Shown: positions 1-12,308 of the stretch, in pieces
How the letters are laid out: every line of letters begins with the position of its first letter
How positions within the stretch are numbered: position 1 is the stretch's first letter
NCBI RefSeq assembly: GCF_004010195.1
Contig: NC_057752.1
Span: 10,075,322-10,136,834 of the forward strand
Direction: 5' to 3'
DNA from: Chiloscyllium plagiosum
Taxonomy: Eukaryota
Length of the DNA: 61,513 nucleotides
Translations under genes and position numbers: made by a program
The notes under the pieces: generated by a model
What the model was told of the DNA's origin: nothing
Database searches by the model: none
What the model saw: the letters and a program-made list of their open reading frames with translations, nothing else

Positions 1-292
1 ACTTCCAGCTCAGCACTGTCCCCATGACTTGTCCTACCTGCCTATCTCCTTTTCCACCTATCCACTCCACCCTCTCCTCCCTGTCCTATTACCTTCATCC
101 CCTCCCCCACTCACCCATTGTACTCAATGCTACTTTCTCCCCACCCCAACCCTCCTCTAGCTTATCTCTCCACGCTTCAGGCTCAATGCCTTTATTCCTG
201 ATGAAGGGCTTTTGCCCGAAACGTCGATTTCGCTGCTCTTTGGATGCTGCCTGAACTTCTGTGCTCTTCCAGCACCAATAATCCAGAATCTG
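1..292 (+). mobile_element. 3' end of a Penelope-like element with hammerhead motif
   Basis: Pyrimidine-rich tract, then CTGATGAAGGGCTTTTGCCCGAAACGTC and the GATGCTGCCTGA..TTCCAGCACCA tail shared with other copies in the window. Confidence 0.65.
194..229 (+). ncRNA. Minimal type I hammerhead ribozyme motif
   Basis: CUGAUGA (198-204), extra A, stem II GGGC/UUUU/GCCC, GAAA, palindromic ACGU in place of stem III, GUC triplet (223-225). Stem I is weak. Confidence 0.6.
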
Positions 293-414
293 CTAGCGTC
301 CTGTTTTGTGGAGATTTTAGTAGTGAACCAATTGCAGAATTTTACACAGAATTGGAGGTAACCCTGTTGCATGAGCTAGGAAATGGTTGGGAGGTAGGGA
401 TAAAAGCAATGAAG

Positions 415-1415
415 TCTGATGTACTGGTCATCTCAGCTCCAGGACGTCTCTGCAGGAGTTCCTCAGGGTACTGTCTTTGGCTCAACCATCTTCAGCTGCT
501 TCATCAATGACTTTGCCTCCATCATAAGATCAGAAGTGGGAATGTTTGCCGATGATGGTACAATGTTCAGCACCATTCACAACTCCTCAGATACTGGCGC
601 AGTCCATGTCCAAATGCAGCAAGACTTGGACAATAACCAGACTTGTCAAGTAACATTTGCGCCACACAAGTGCCAAGCAATGACCATTCCAACAAGACAG
701 AATCTAACCATCATCCCTTGACATACAGTGGCATTGCTATCAATGAATTTTCCACTATCAACATCCCGGAGATTATCATCGACCAGAAACTGGATTGGAC
801 TAGCTGTATAAATACAGTGGTTATAAAAGCAGGTCAGCAGCTAGGAAGACTGCAGCGACTAACTCACCTTCTGACTCCCTAAAGTCTGTCCACCATCTAA
901 AAGGCGCAAGTCAGGCGTATGATGGAATAGTCCCCACATCCTTGGGTGAGTGCAGCTTCAACAACACTCAAGAAGCATGATAACATTCAGGACAAAGCAG
1001 TTTGTTTGATTGGCACCACATCCATAAAAATTCACTCCCTCTACCACCAGTGCTCAGTAGCAGCAATGTGTACCATCTACAAGATGCACTGCAGAAATTC
1101 ACCAAGGCTCCTGAGAAGCAAATTCCAAACCCATGACCACTATCATCTCGAAGTACAAGGGCAGCATATATATGGGAGCACCACCAGCTGCGAGTTCCAC
1201 TCCATCCTGATTTGGAAATATATTGTCGTTCCTTCAGTGTCTTTTGTTCAAAATCATAGAACTCTTTCCTTAATGGCATTGTGGGTGTACCTGCACCGAA
1301 TGGACTACAGCAGTTTAAGAAGGCAGTTCACCATCACCTACTCAAGGGCAACCAGGAATTGGCAATAAACACTGGCCCAGCCCGTGATGCCCACCACTCA
1401 TGAGTGAACACAGAA
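415..1415 (+). mobile_element. CR1/L2-clade LINE, degenerate RT and 3' end
   Basis: Translations GVPQGTVFG and MFADDG; stops and frameshifts. Confidence 0.85.
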
Positions 1416-1577
1416 AAATTCTGATTGGTGGAATCTGACTTGTCATCTTGCTCAGGGGACCATACTGGGTTCTCAACAAAAAACACTATTATTCAATGCT
1501 TTGGATGAAAGAGTGGAGAGTTCTATAGCCCAGGTTTGTAAATAACACTAAATTAGGAGGCATTAGTGGCTTGTTGA

Positions 1578-2330
1578 GTGATGGGGGTGGTGGCGGAGGG
1601 TTGTTTTTCAGACTGGAGGCCTGTGACCAGTGGAATGCCACAAGGATCGGTGCTGGGTCCACTACTTTTCATCATTTATATAAATGATTTGGATGTGAGT
1701 ATAAGAGGTATAGTTAGTAACTTTACTGATGACACCAAAATTGGAGGTGTAGTGGACAGCGAAGAGGGTTACCTCAGATTACAACAGGATCTGGATCGCA
1801 TAGGTCAATGGGCTGAGAAGTGGCAGAAGGAGTTTAATTCAGATAAATATGAGGTGCTGCATTTAAGATTTACAAGGATGTTGCCAGGGTTGGAGGATTT
1901 GAGCTAAAGGGAGAGGCTGTTTTCCCTGGAGCGTTGGAAGCTGGGTGGTGACCTTGTAGAAGTTTATAAAATCATGAGGGGCACGGATAGGATAAATATA
2001 CAAAGTCTTTTCCCTGGGATGGGGGAGTCCAGAACTAGAGGGCACAGGTTTAGGGTGAGGGGGGAAAGATATAAATGAGACCTAAGGGGGCAACTTTTTC
2101 ATGCAGAGGGTGGTATGTGTACGGAATGAACTACCAGAGGAAGTGGTGGAGGCTGGTACAATTGCAACATTTAAGAGGCATTTGGATGGGTATATGAAGA
2201 GGAAGGGTTTGGAGGGATATGGGCCAGGTGCTGGCAGGTGGGACTAGATTGGGTTGGGATATCTGGTCAGCATGGACGGGTTGGACTGAAGGGTCTGTTA
2301 CTGTGCTGTACATTTCTATGACTCTATGCT
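1578..2330 (+). mobile_element. CR1 LINE 3' fragment
   Basis: GMPQGSVLGPLLFIIYINDL and FTDDTKIGG; tail ending TCTATGACTCTATG. Confidence 0.9.
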
Positions 2331-3474
2331 CAACACAGCAACAGGACAAGACCTTTGAGCCTTTCAAGGTTGTTCCACCATTCAGTTAGACCATGACTTA
2401 ACTCCATCTATCCCCCTTTGTAACATAATCCTTACCATGCTCACCTAGCAAAAATCTATCATTGTGGTTAGGAACAGGAAGTTAGAAAGAGGCAGTCTGT
2501 ACACCGATGAAGTGAGTGGACTAAAGTATGCCAGGTGGGAGTCAAGGTGGTGAAGTGTGAGAACGCCTACTTTGGAGCTGATAAAGTTGATTCTGAATTC
2601 TGTCTTAATAGCGAGAGTCTATGATTAGTGGTGGAATAATGTGATTAAGGGAGCCATGTGCACAAATCACAAGCAAACTATTATCAAAAAACTAATAGCG
2701 TGTTGGGCTTGAACTCATGGTTGATGGAGATGCAAAACCAGGAAGTGAAACTTCAGTTTTACAGAACATTGGACAGACCTCATTTGGAATACTTTCAGTA
2801 TTTGGCACCAAACTGCTTGCGGGCAGTTTTCTATATACGATTAGATGTTCTTTCTGCTCCTTAGAAGGTTCTTGGACATTGAGACCATCATTCATCGTTT
2901 ATTAAGCATTAAGAGCAATTGCATCTATTTCACGGATAATACTCACAACCACATCAGACCATGGCTGGGTTGCAAAGTCAAACATGTTACAGTCCTAAGC
3001 TGGGTTATGTTGGTTGATTATACCTTGAGATGTTTTTGTCTGGAAATCAATAAGTTTCTACATTATATTATGACTCAAAATATAATTCCATGTCAGAGAA
3101 TTATCAGAGATGAGGCTGGTGGGAGACAGAGAGGAGCACAGAGGCAAGCAGAGAGAGAGAGAGAGAGGTCAAAGGGAGACAAAAAACCAACAGACAGGGA
3201 CTGAGACGGAGAACTATAAGAGCTCGCTGAGCTGCATAGCTACCAGAATGAAGACACGATATCCAGATTCAAATGCAATGTAATTGTCGTCAATGAGCTA
3301 TTTATCGTCGGTCTGAAGATGAAAGTGGTCCAGAGGATTCCAGATGTTGTCTCAATAAAACAGTCACAGCAAGGCGTTCCTTCATGTCGACGGCCAATTA
3401 ATATGAAGTGCAGAAGTAAAATAGGTATGAGAGAGATGAGAGCTCTATGTTTGTCATAAAAATCAAGATAGTCC

Positions 3475-3745
3475 TTAGAGTAAAGGGAAGACCTTTTCGA
3501 ACAGAGATAAGGAGAAACTTCTGCAGCCAGAGAGTGGTGAATCTATGGAATGCATTGCCACAGAAGGCTGTGGAGGCCAGATCACTGAGTATATTTAAGA
3601 CTGAGATGAAGATGTTCTTGAATATCAAGGGGATCAAGGGTTATGGGGAGAAAGTGGGAGAATGGGATTGAGAAACTTATCACCCATGATTGAATGGTGG
3701 AACAGATTCGATGGGCTGAATGGCCTAATTTCTGTTCCGATGTCT
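3475..3745 (+). mobile_element. CR1 LINE 3' end
   Basis: RRNFCSQRVVNLWNALP ORF2 C-terminus and GGGCTGAATGGCCT tail. Confidence 0.8.
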
Positions 3746-4837
3746 GGAGGAGAGAGTGACCTATGTTTAACCTGAATCACACCCCGACATTGCAAACCCT
3801 CAAACTAACTGAGGGATAGACATCCATAAAATACTTCCCCTGTCAAAAAAAAGGAGAACTCGACTGAGCTTGTCCCTTGTTGCCAACTTTAGTTCATAGT
3901 TCCCATAATGTACTTAATGAACTCTTCAGCTATTGAGGTACTGAATGGTATAATTTTTCTTTATTACTTTGTTAATATAAAATGTAAAACAAGAGTCTTG
4001 TCAGTCTCTGCTGTTATGTTTTCTGCTGTGATTTAAATTGACTGACCACTTTGGCTGTAAGAAAGCCCTGATTTACAAGTTGAAAAAAACCTCTGCACCT
4101 TTTCCCCTCTAGTTTTTGACAGGCACCCTGTTTTGAAATGGAAATAGGACACCATCTATTGTCAATTTCAGGCAATGTCGCTGGAAGCTTTTCGATGGCA
4201 GTTATGGCCACTATGAATCCTTGGATGGGTTTCAAAGCGAGATCTGGCTTCAAATCAATGAATAGTCTATTGATCCAAGGAGAATATTTTTTCAGAAGCT
4301 ATAATAATTGAACATATCTTTTTTTTGTGTGTTTACAGATCTAAGGTACTTAACGGTACTTACTTGCATAGTTTTTACGCGTTAGTCTTTCTTCCTTTTG
4401 TTTCAATGATAGTGAGGTTGGATTCAGGATTTTATGAGATTGTTAGAGGTTTATTTTGTTAACAATGATTTTAAAATGATTCCCATCGCTATTGTACAGC
4501 TCTTGTACATAATGAATACTGGGAGAGTGGCTAAGCTGGATATATGGGAGGCATGGAAGAGGCATGAGTTTGGATGGGGGACAACATAGCATCTCACTGG
4601 GATAGCAAACTGGAAATCAGGCCCAATTCCAGGAGTCATCACAAAAGTTCCCCAATTTACCTGTCTTTTACACCCAGGTCGATTGAAAGCATGGTCCAGG
4701 TTTCTGTACATAATGACTATTTATTAGAAGTAATTAGACTCTAGCTACAAGTAAACAGTTACTAATGGTCACCTCTGCTAGTTAAAACTCTAATCTCTAT
4801 CTAAACTCTCTACACACAGACAGACAAACAGGATTAT

Positions 4838-5178
4838 TGTGAGAGACGATTTCGGTACAAACAATTGAGATGTGCATGACCCCAGAGTCTAAGGGGAATA
4901 GAGCCATAGGGGTAGGGTAAAACATGCTTCTCTATAATAAAGGACGAGACAGAGTAGAAAAACAAGTCCTTGATTGATAAGACCACTAACTCTGACAGAG
5001 AAGAATAAGTCCTTGACTGATAAGACTGCAGGCTAGAAAAACAACTAGGGAGACATATACTGCAGACTGGCGCGCCTTTTTCTCAGAAGGGTGCCCAACT
5101 CTGCAGACTTGCTAATAAAACTTTGTTCTCCTGAATTTGTCTAGAGCGATTATTGAGAAGCGATTTTCGTTTCTAACA
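4838..5178 (+). mobile_element. Solo LTR (341 bp)
   Basis: TG...CA ends, 10/12 terminal inverted match, TTAT duplicated on both sides, AATAAA at about 5114, internal duplicated motif. Confidence 0.75.
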
Positions 5179-5857
5179 TTATGGGCAGAGTGGAGAAACT
5201 GGCAGAATAGTTCAGTAGTTTTATTCCTATTGTCTATTGTTGAGATGACCCTTATGATTCTTCTGCTGGCCAACACGTTGCTTCAGTCATCTTTCTTCGG
5301 ATGCTTCCATAAGTTGGTAAGAGACTTAAGGTGATCAGTTCCCTCATAAAATGTGTCTGACTGATCAGTTGAAAGTCACTGCATATAACAATTGTTGCAG
5401 GGAGGATAGACTGGTTTTCTTCAGGTTTACAGTTTTGATGGCAGAGAACAGAGAGACTGCTCCTGAGCTGGGGAAGAACTCAACACTTTTCTCTTGCTTG
5501 ATCTAGATCCAAGATGCTCAGTGACCTGAGATGCATTCACACAGTGCACAGGCAAAAGGGTCTCTAACTGGTCACTGGTCCATAGATCAATCAATTTCTT
5601 TTTGCTGGCAAAAGCTGCATCATCTCCCCTCCCCCCAAGCTCCAAATTGTCTGCAACCCAAACTTCAGTTACTGCTTGCTCTAACAGTTGTTTAGGCCAT
5701 GCTTGCAATGGGTGTCAGATTACTTGCTTTCAAAGCTCTCAACACTGTAAGAATCTGTGTGTGCAATCATGTGCTCCCACATGACTATGGCTGATCAGGA
5801 GACTCTCCCACTCTTAATACCTGCCATAGGCATATCGGAAAGATTTTACAGTTTGAT

Positions 5858-6400
5858 AATAGAACATAGAACATAGAACAATACAGCGCAGAACAGGCCC
5901 TTCGGCCCTCGATGTTGCGCCGACCTGTGAACTATTCTCAGCTCATCCCCCTACACTATCCCATCATCATCCATATGCTTATCCAAGGATTGTTTAACTC
6001 TCCCTAATATGGCTGAGTTGACTACATTAGCAGGTAAGGCATTCCATGCCCTTACCACTCTCTGAGTAAAGAATCTGTCTCTGAACATCTGTCTTAAATC
6101 TATCACCCCTCAATTTGTAGTTATGCCCCCTCTTACAAGCTGACATCATCATCCTAGGAAAAAGTCTTTCACCGTCTACCCTATCTAATCCTCTGATCAT
6201 CTTGTATGTCTCTATCAAATCCCCTCTTAGCCTTCTTCTTTCCAATGAGAACAGACCCAAGTCTCTCAGCCTTCCTCATAAGACTTTCTCTCCAAACCAG
6301 GCAACATCCTGGCAAATCTCCTCTGCACCTTTTTCAATGCTTCCACATCCTTCCTGTAATGGGGCGACCAGAACTGTACACTATAATCTGGGTGTGGCTG
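5858..6400 (-). mobile_element. CR1 LINE 3' fragment
   Basis: Minus-strand VQFWSPHYRKDVEAL and LFSLERRRLRGDLIE; (AACATAG)n tail. Confidence 0.9.
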
Positions 6401-7004
6401 CACCAGTCTCTTTAACCATGCTGTGATACATCTTCCATCATTTGGGACCTGATCCTGGAGTTCCTGGCTCAGAGGCAGCAACACTACCCACAGTGCCACA
6501 AGACCTTATTTTTTAGGCAGCCTGAAATAACTGGAGAGAGGCCGGTATCCTGTGATCAAGTCACCCTTTATTTGCATGTGTACAGTACATGGACTCTGAC
6601 CAGCTGGACCAGAGCCAGGGCCTAGAATGAGGAGACTCTCTGAATCTCCTGTTTTTTTTCCCCTTCTTCCTTTCCCACAATCCCACTGCACCCAAAGGGG
6701 GCCCAGCAGCAGTTCTTAGATGTCCCCAAATCACCAGTGGCTGTGTATGTATGTCACAAGATCTTCTAAAGGTAAATTAGATATTTGCTACAAAAGAGCG
6801 ATAGTTAAGCATATTATTAACAGAGGAGTGACTCTTCCTTGCTGAGAAGCCACATTTGGTAGCTTTACTTTGTGTTCAGACTGTTCAATTGGATCTGATT
6901 TGTTGTGACCAACCTGAAATGCTAACGTAATTATTCTCTCAGGGCCCTTGTGGGGTTGTCAAACAATTTTTTTTGTTGTTTTGCTTCAAATACAATTGCT
7001 TGAC

Positions 7005-7235
7005 TTAAATGTGTCGATGAATTAACCCCGTGGCGAGGGATTGCCGCGTTGTAAGTGGTGGACCCTGACTATAGGGGCGTGCTCTGCAGATTGGAGGCGG
7101 GATTGTAATTGACGCGAGGTTTTAGTGATCACTGTTACTGACTTTTTGTCATTTTAGTGCCTTCAGAGAATAGCGAATGTGAACTGGTACTTTTAAATTC
7201 CCGGTAGTTTAACAGACACGTTTTGTTCGTTAGGA
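7005..7235 (+). promoter_or_regulatory. Probable CSAD promoter / 5' leader
   Basis: Local CpG enrichment, GC-box-like GGGGCGTG (7074) and GAGGCGGG (7094), inverted CCAAT (ATTGG 7090) and CRE-like TGACGCGA (7110), directly upstream of ATG 7236. Confidence 0.55.
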
Positions 7236-7275
7236 ATGGCAACTAACCAACAGCAGGAGAGACCGAGGGAAAGTG
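7236..7275 (+). CDS. CSAD: Probable coding exon 1 (MATNQQQERPRES, phase 1)
   Basis: GGAATGG Kozak context. 40 nt ending G|GTACTG; phase 1 matches the phase-1 acceptor at 14989. Exon 2 has no in-frame ATG of its own. The donor is weak. Confidence 0.6.
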
Positions 7276-8101
7276 GTACTGTTGTATTTATTTTCTACTT
7301 GTAATCACAATAATAGTAACTTTACAAATGCACTGTTGCAGATATTTATCGTTTGTTGAGTTATTGTAAATCGAGGACATGTGAACATAAGTTTTCTAAA
7401 TCAGAGCTGGAAAGGGCCTGTTCCCCAGATCACTAATATTTACTCGTTGAATTGAATCCAGCATTTCAAATGGAAGCAGTTGTTAAATATTGAGTGGTGA
7501 AGGACGGTACTCTCTTTGCAGTGTAATCTTATTAAAATTCAAGCCCCACTCTTTTGTAATTAGGGTGTGGCTTGTCTTCCCCGCCTGTTTTACCTTGTTG
7601 TCACGTCCGCGTCGATGAAAGATGTAGCACTTGATTTGTACTGTTATTCCAATCCAGGGGAGTGGGAGCAGAGTGGCCGCCGTGATCACAAGATAGTGAT
7701 ATAGAGATGGCAGCCACTTAGTTAAAGAGCTCCTTTTTTTTTGATCGGAGATGATTGTAGTAGAGGTTTATGAGAATGAAGTGATTCCTCTTAGGAGGAT
7801 AAATGGGAGAAGTTGGGAATGCTCCTCTTGGAGGGGGAAATAGTGGCCACAGTGAACAAAGAGAAACTGTTTCCCACTGGTGGACAGATCAGGAATCAGA
7901 TTTAAAGTAGTTGCTTCTTTCACCAATGGTAACATGAGGAAGAGGACAGTTAAGAGAGCCGTAACGTGTGGAGATAGATGCTTGTCTGAAGAAAGCGGGA
8001 ACGCAGAGCACCACTAGGTGGCCTGCTCTTGTGATGAGTAGGTGTTACTGATAGGATCGGCTGAATGGTCTCCCTCCGTGCTGTGTAACCGTTTTGTGAT
8101 T

Positions 8102-8756
8102 CAAAGTTTGTGCGAAGATTTGTAGCTCGGGTGCTCGTTGTTGTGGTTCTGTTCGCCGAGCTGGAAGATTTTGTGCAAACATTTCCTCAGTGCATGGGAG
8201 CCTCCTGTGAAGCGCTTCTGTGGTGTTTTCTCCGGCATTTATAGTGGCCTGTCCCTGCCGCTTCCGGTTGTCAGTTTCAGCTGTCTGCTGTAGTGGCCTG
8301 TATATTGGGTCCAGGTCTATGTGCTTATTGATTTGAATCAGTGGATGAGTGCCATGTCTTTTAGGAATTCCCTGGCTGTTCTCGGTTTGGCTTGTCCTAT
8401 AATAGTAGTGTTGTCCCAGTCGAATTCATGTTGCTTGTCATGGGAATTCGACTGAGACAACACTACTATTATAGGACAAGCCAAACAGAGAACAGCCAGG
8501 GAATTCCTAGAGGCATGGCACTCATCCACTGATTCAAATCAATAAGCACATCGACCTGGACCCAATATACCGACCACTGCAGCGGACAGCTGGAACTGAC
8601 AGCCGGAAGCGGCAGATTCAAAGCACTATAAATGCTGGAGGAAAGATCACAGAAGCGCTTCACAGGAGGCTCCCAAGCACTGAGGATGTCACCTAGACAG
8701 GGGACGAAAAGTCTGCAACACACATTCCCAGCTCGGTGAACAGAACCACAACAACG
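8102..8756. mobile_element. Fold-back Penelope-like element fragment (GIY-YIG C-terminus plus hammerhead-bearing terminal repeat, present twice in inverted orientation)
   Basis: Arms 8136-8427 and 8444-8756 are reverse complements; peptide EFDWDNTTIIGQAKxRTAREFL; flanking GTTTTGYGATT duplication. Confidence 0.8.
8677..8716 (+). ncRNA. Minimal type I hammerhead ribozyme motif (second family)
   Basis: Stem I GCA/UGC, CUGAGGA core (8680-8686), extra U, stem II GUC.CCU/AGG.GAC, GAAA, then A-GUC. Confidence 0.55.
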
Positions 8757-9964
8757 TTTTGCGATTTGTTATCGAGATCGCTACTCGAGTGCCTTTTTCC
8801 AAGCTGGAGTAAAATTGAAGGCAAGGAGCTGTATGCGATTCTCCACTTTCTAGGCTTAATTCCTATCGCTCAGGCCTTGGTATTTGCTTCTGTGTTACGA
8901 ATCTAGCAATGGGCAAAAGTCAGACTATTGGAGTTTGGGTTTGTTTTTGTAATGAAGACTGGAGAACTGAACACTAGGTAAGGTGGGTCTGAATGGAGCT
9001 CTATGTGGGTGGATCCTGGCATTCTCTTGGCTATATATTTTACTGCTTGTACTGTATTTCAGCATCCCATTGTCTTTGCCAATTGCTGTGCATGTTGTGT
9101 ATTCCCAAGGCTTCTTGCAGGTTCCCCTTTTTTGTTTCCACACATTAGCGGAAAAAATTGCAAACGCTTGAACACATTCTAAATCCCAATCTGAGTTCTC
9201 TCCTTCTACTGACCCGAGTCATTAACTATCAGTGCTGACTTGGGCTTTGACGTTGTTTCCACGTTGCTGCTTTTAAAAACATAATTGGTGTCCTTGGGTA
9301 TTTTGAGAATGAAGATAGGCTCCGTGACATTTAATGAGCAACACTGTCCGAAACAAACACAAAAACAAAGGGTTTTGCTTCGACTTGGTGCACATGGAAT
9401 AAAAGGGACAACAACAACTGGCTGAATGATATTAAACAGAGTAACAGTGAATGGTTCATTTTCAGAATGAAGGCGGGGATATATTGAGACCCTTGTTCTT
9501 CCTAATGTATATGAATAATGCAGACTTGAGTAGGACACAAATTCAAAATTTCATATACACAACTTAAATGTGAACTGAGGGGCATGTTGATGGGCTTTTA
9601 TTTTTGAGGATAGAAGCAAACGGGTTTCACGTGAAGTTTAGTACAGACCTGTGCAATGAATGTCTTCCTTTTCTTCCAAAAATCAACATAAAATAGCAAG
9701 TGCAGGGTATAGAATCAAAGGAACCTGGGGCTATATGTGCACAATCACTGGGGGTGGGACAGGTTGAGAAGGTGGTGAATGAAGCACATATGCTGAGTTC
9801 TATAGGCAGAGACAGTCTTAACTGAGCAAGAAAGTGATGTAAAATGCTGGCTTGGTCTCAATGGGTTCAGCATTCCATTATGGACCCTTGGGTAAGGTAT
9901 CACACGTTGCAGATTCTGCTCATTTCGACTTTGTAGTTGAACAGCAAATCTTATGACACACACA

Positions 9965-11066
9965 GGAAGTTTTCATTCTCCTGCACAGCCCTTTACTCAC
10001 TGAGCCAGGTGCTTCCCCACCCCCACCCCTCACGCACACTGAAGATTTCTCTGACCAGACAGAAATTGAGCACTTGTTGGAGGGTCTGGTCCAGGCCATC
10101 CAAGAAGTTTAAGGGGCTTCCTGAGAATATCAAAATCCTCCTCCTCAATCTGGGCAGTTTGGAATATAGGTCACCATTTCTGGCCTGCACAAAAGAACCT
10201 GAATCCAGTGCAGGAAGAGAACAAACACTCTTCTCCACCTCAATATTGCAAGTGGCACCATTCACTCACAGCAAGCTGTCATTCCTGTGGCATAGCTCAT
10301 TGACAGAGATATGGCATCGTTACAGAAAGTGATCACATGCATGATGTATACTGGCTGACATCTATCTCCATATTCTATACAGTCAACATTCTGCCAGGTC
10401 GACATAAGGTCTCATGGCTTGGTCTGCCTATGTCTGCTGACACACCCATTACAATTGCACTTGCTTAACCCTTTTATTTTCCACTTTACAGAACAGTGAT
10501 ATTTTGATGGACCTCCAGCCCCAACCATTTATGAAGCAATGTAAATGGGACATTTGATCAGAGTCTCCTCTCAAATACAAGTGTCATAAAGTATATCACC
10601 ATAAGAACTAATCAGGTAACATATTTACATGAAGACCAACATAGGCTGACTTCATGCCTGTAAATATGTAACTATCCTACCGATAAGATACAGAAGTCAA
10701 GTTGAATTTTAGTCTCTTCCCCCCCCCTTAATTCAGCATCTGTTGAAACATTAGTGTTCTCTTGTTTGCTGTATTATTTAATGCTTTAACCCCACAAGAA
10801 CAGTAGTAATGGTCAATAAGTAGCCCCAGGCCTGGTTTACTCTTCCCTCTGCACCCATGGGTACCAGCACTCCAGCCAGGTGGCCATTCATTACGACCAT
10901 TGACAGGCTATTTGACAACAAACTCCCATCTTCTCTGCCCTATGGAGCTCCTGTCACTTTGACAGTTGCAGAGTGTCACCTAGAGAAATTGTTGAGTATC
11001 AAATTGAAATTGCTCCTCGTGACCCATGTTGCTGGCACCAGTATATTAACAATTACAAACCTATTG
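9965..11066. repeat. Left arm of ~1.1-kb inverted duplication in intron 1
   Basis: Collinear reverse complement of 12309-13460. Confidence 0.9.
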
Positions 11067-12308
11067 TCCATCCAGCAGAGAAAGCAATGCCATAGGTCAA
11101 TGACACTCTCAAGGACTGCTACTGACCATGGTTCTGTTGCATCCCTTTGCAAATGACGTACCTCTGTACTCTGCCATTAGCAAGATGTTGAGCGTACAGC
11201 AACAGGAAGGGGAATGCACTACCTGAGGTTTGTGGTAGAGGCAGATGCAATTGAGGTTTTCCAAAAAGAAATAGATTTGTTATCTGAAGAGAATTGTGGT
11301 GCTGAGAAAAGGCAGAATAATGGAATTGGGCCAATGGAGTTGCAGTAAGTCAGTATAGACATGATGGACCGAATGACCACCTCCCTGTTTTCTAGCAATT
11401 CTGTAATTTGTGCTATGAAATCTTTATGGAGGGACAGGATGAAAATGACAAGTAAGAAAATCTTTGTGATCACTGTATAAGTTCCTATTAATTTGTGATC
11501 TGGATGTTGCTGGTAAGGGCAATGTTTATTGGCCATCCCTAATTGACATTTAATAACTGCTCTCTTGAAATGGCTTGGAGTTAAGAGCAATAAAAAGCTT
11601 CTGCTTTATCCTGTGCAAGATTTGTGGACATGCCTTGCTTTTTAAATAAACAACAAAGGGATAAATGCATGCCAAAGATCTTTAAAATATAGCTATAAAA
11701 TGCTGCAAGTCTGTGGAGACACAGAATGTGCCAACATTCCAGCTGGGTGACCTTTCATCGGATCTGTCAAAAGATGGAAAGGTCACGGGATTTAAGTACA
11801 AGAGGGAGGGGATGGAAGACGCACAAGGATAGACTGTGATAAGATGGAGGGTAGGAGAGATTAAATGACAAAAGGGTTCATGGTGCAAGTCTGGAAGCCT
11901 TAATGAAACAAATAAATAGTCAAAAAATGGATTTTGAGAGCCAAAGTGGAAAAAAAAGTGTAGCTGTCATGCAAAACACAAAATGGGGACAGTTTTTTTT
12001 TCTCAAAGGGAAATAGGTGTTTTAAAGAGTGAAGGAAATGTTGTGTTTCTTGTCATTGATTTATATTTGCATTTTCATAGACCCTTTGTTTTGGTGTTAC
12101 TGGACAAGGCAGGTCAGCAAGTCTCTTCATTCTTGTCCCTGCAAAGTCAAGTCTCTCCCTTGGCTTTGTCTGTTACTGCAGCTGTCATTATGAAGGTGAG
12201 ATTGGGGGAGCAGTCACTAAAAATGGATTTATGGATCCAGGTGTCATTTTGAATTCTCAGAATATACTTGGTACTCAATGGAGCAACCTTTGCCCGAGCT
12301 CCCAAGTG

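Noticed and set aside
2845..3204. 119-aa ORF
   Set aside because: No recognisable homology, and it ends in a GA-rich low-complexity tract.
4122..4311. Open frames after possible acceptors, as an exon of an upstream gene
   Set aside because: No recognisable protein similarity and no consistent partner exons.
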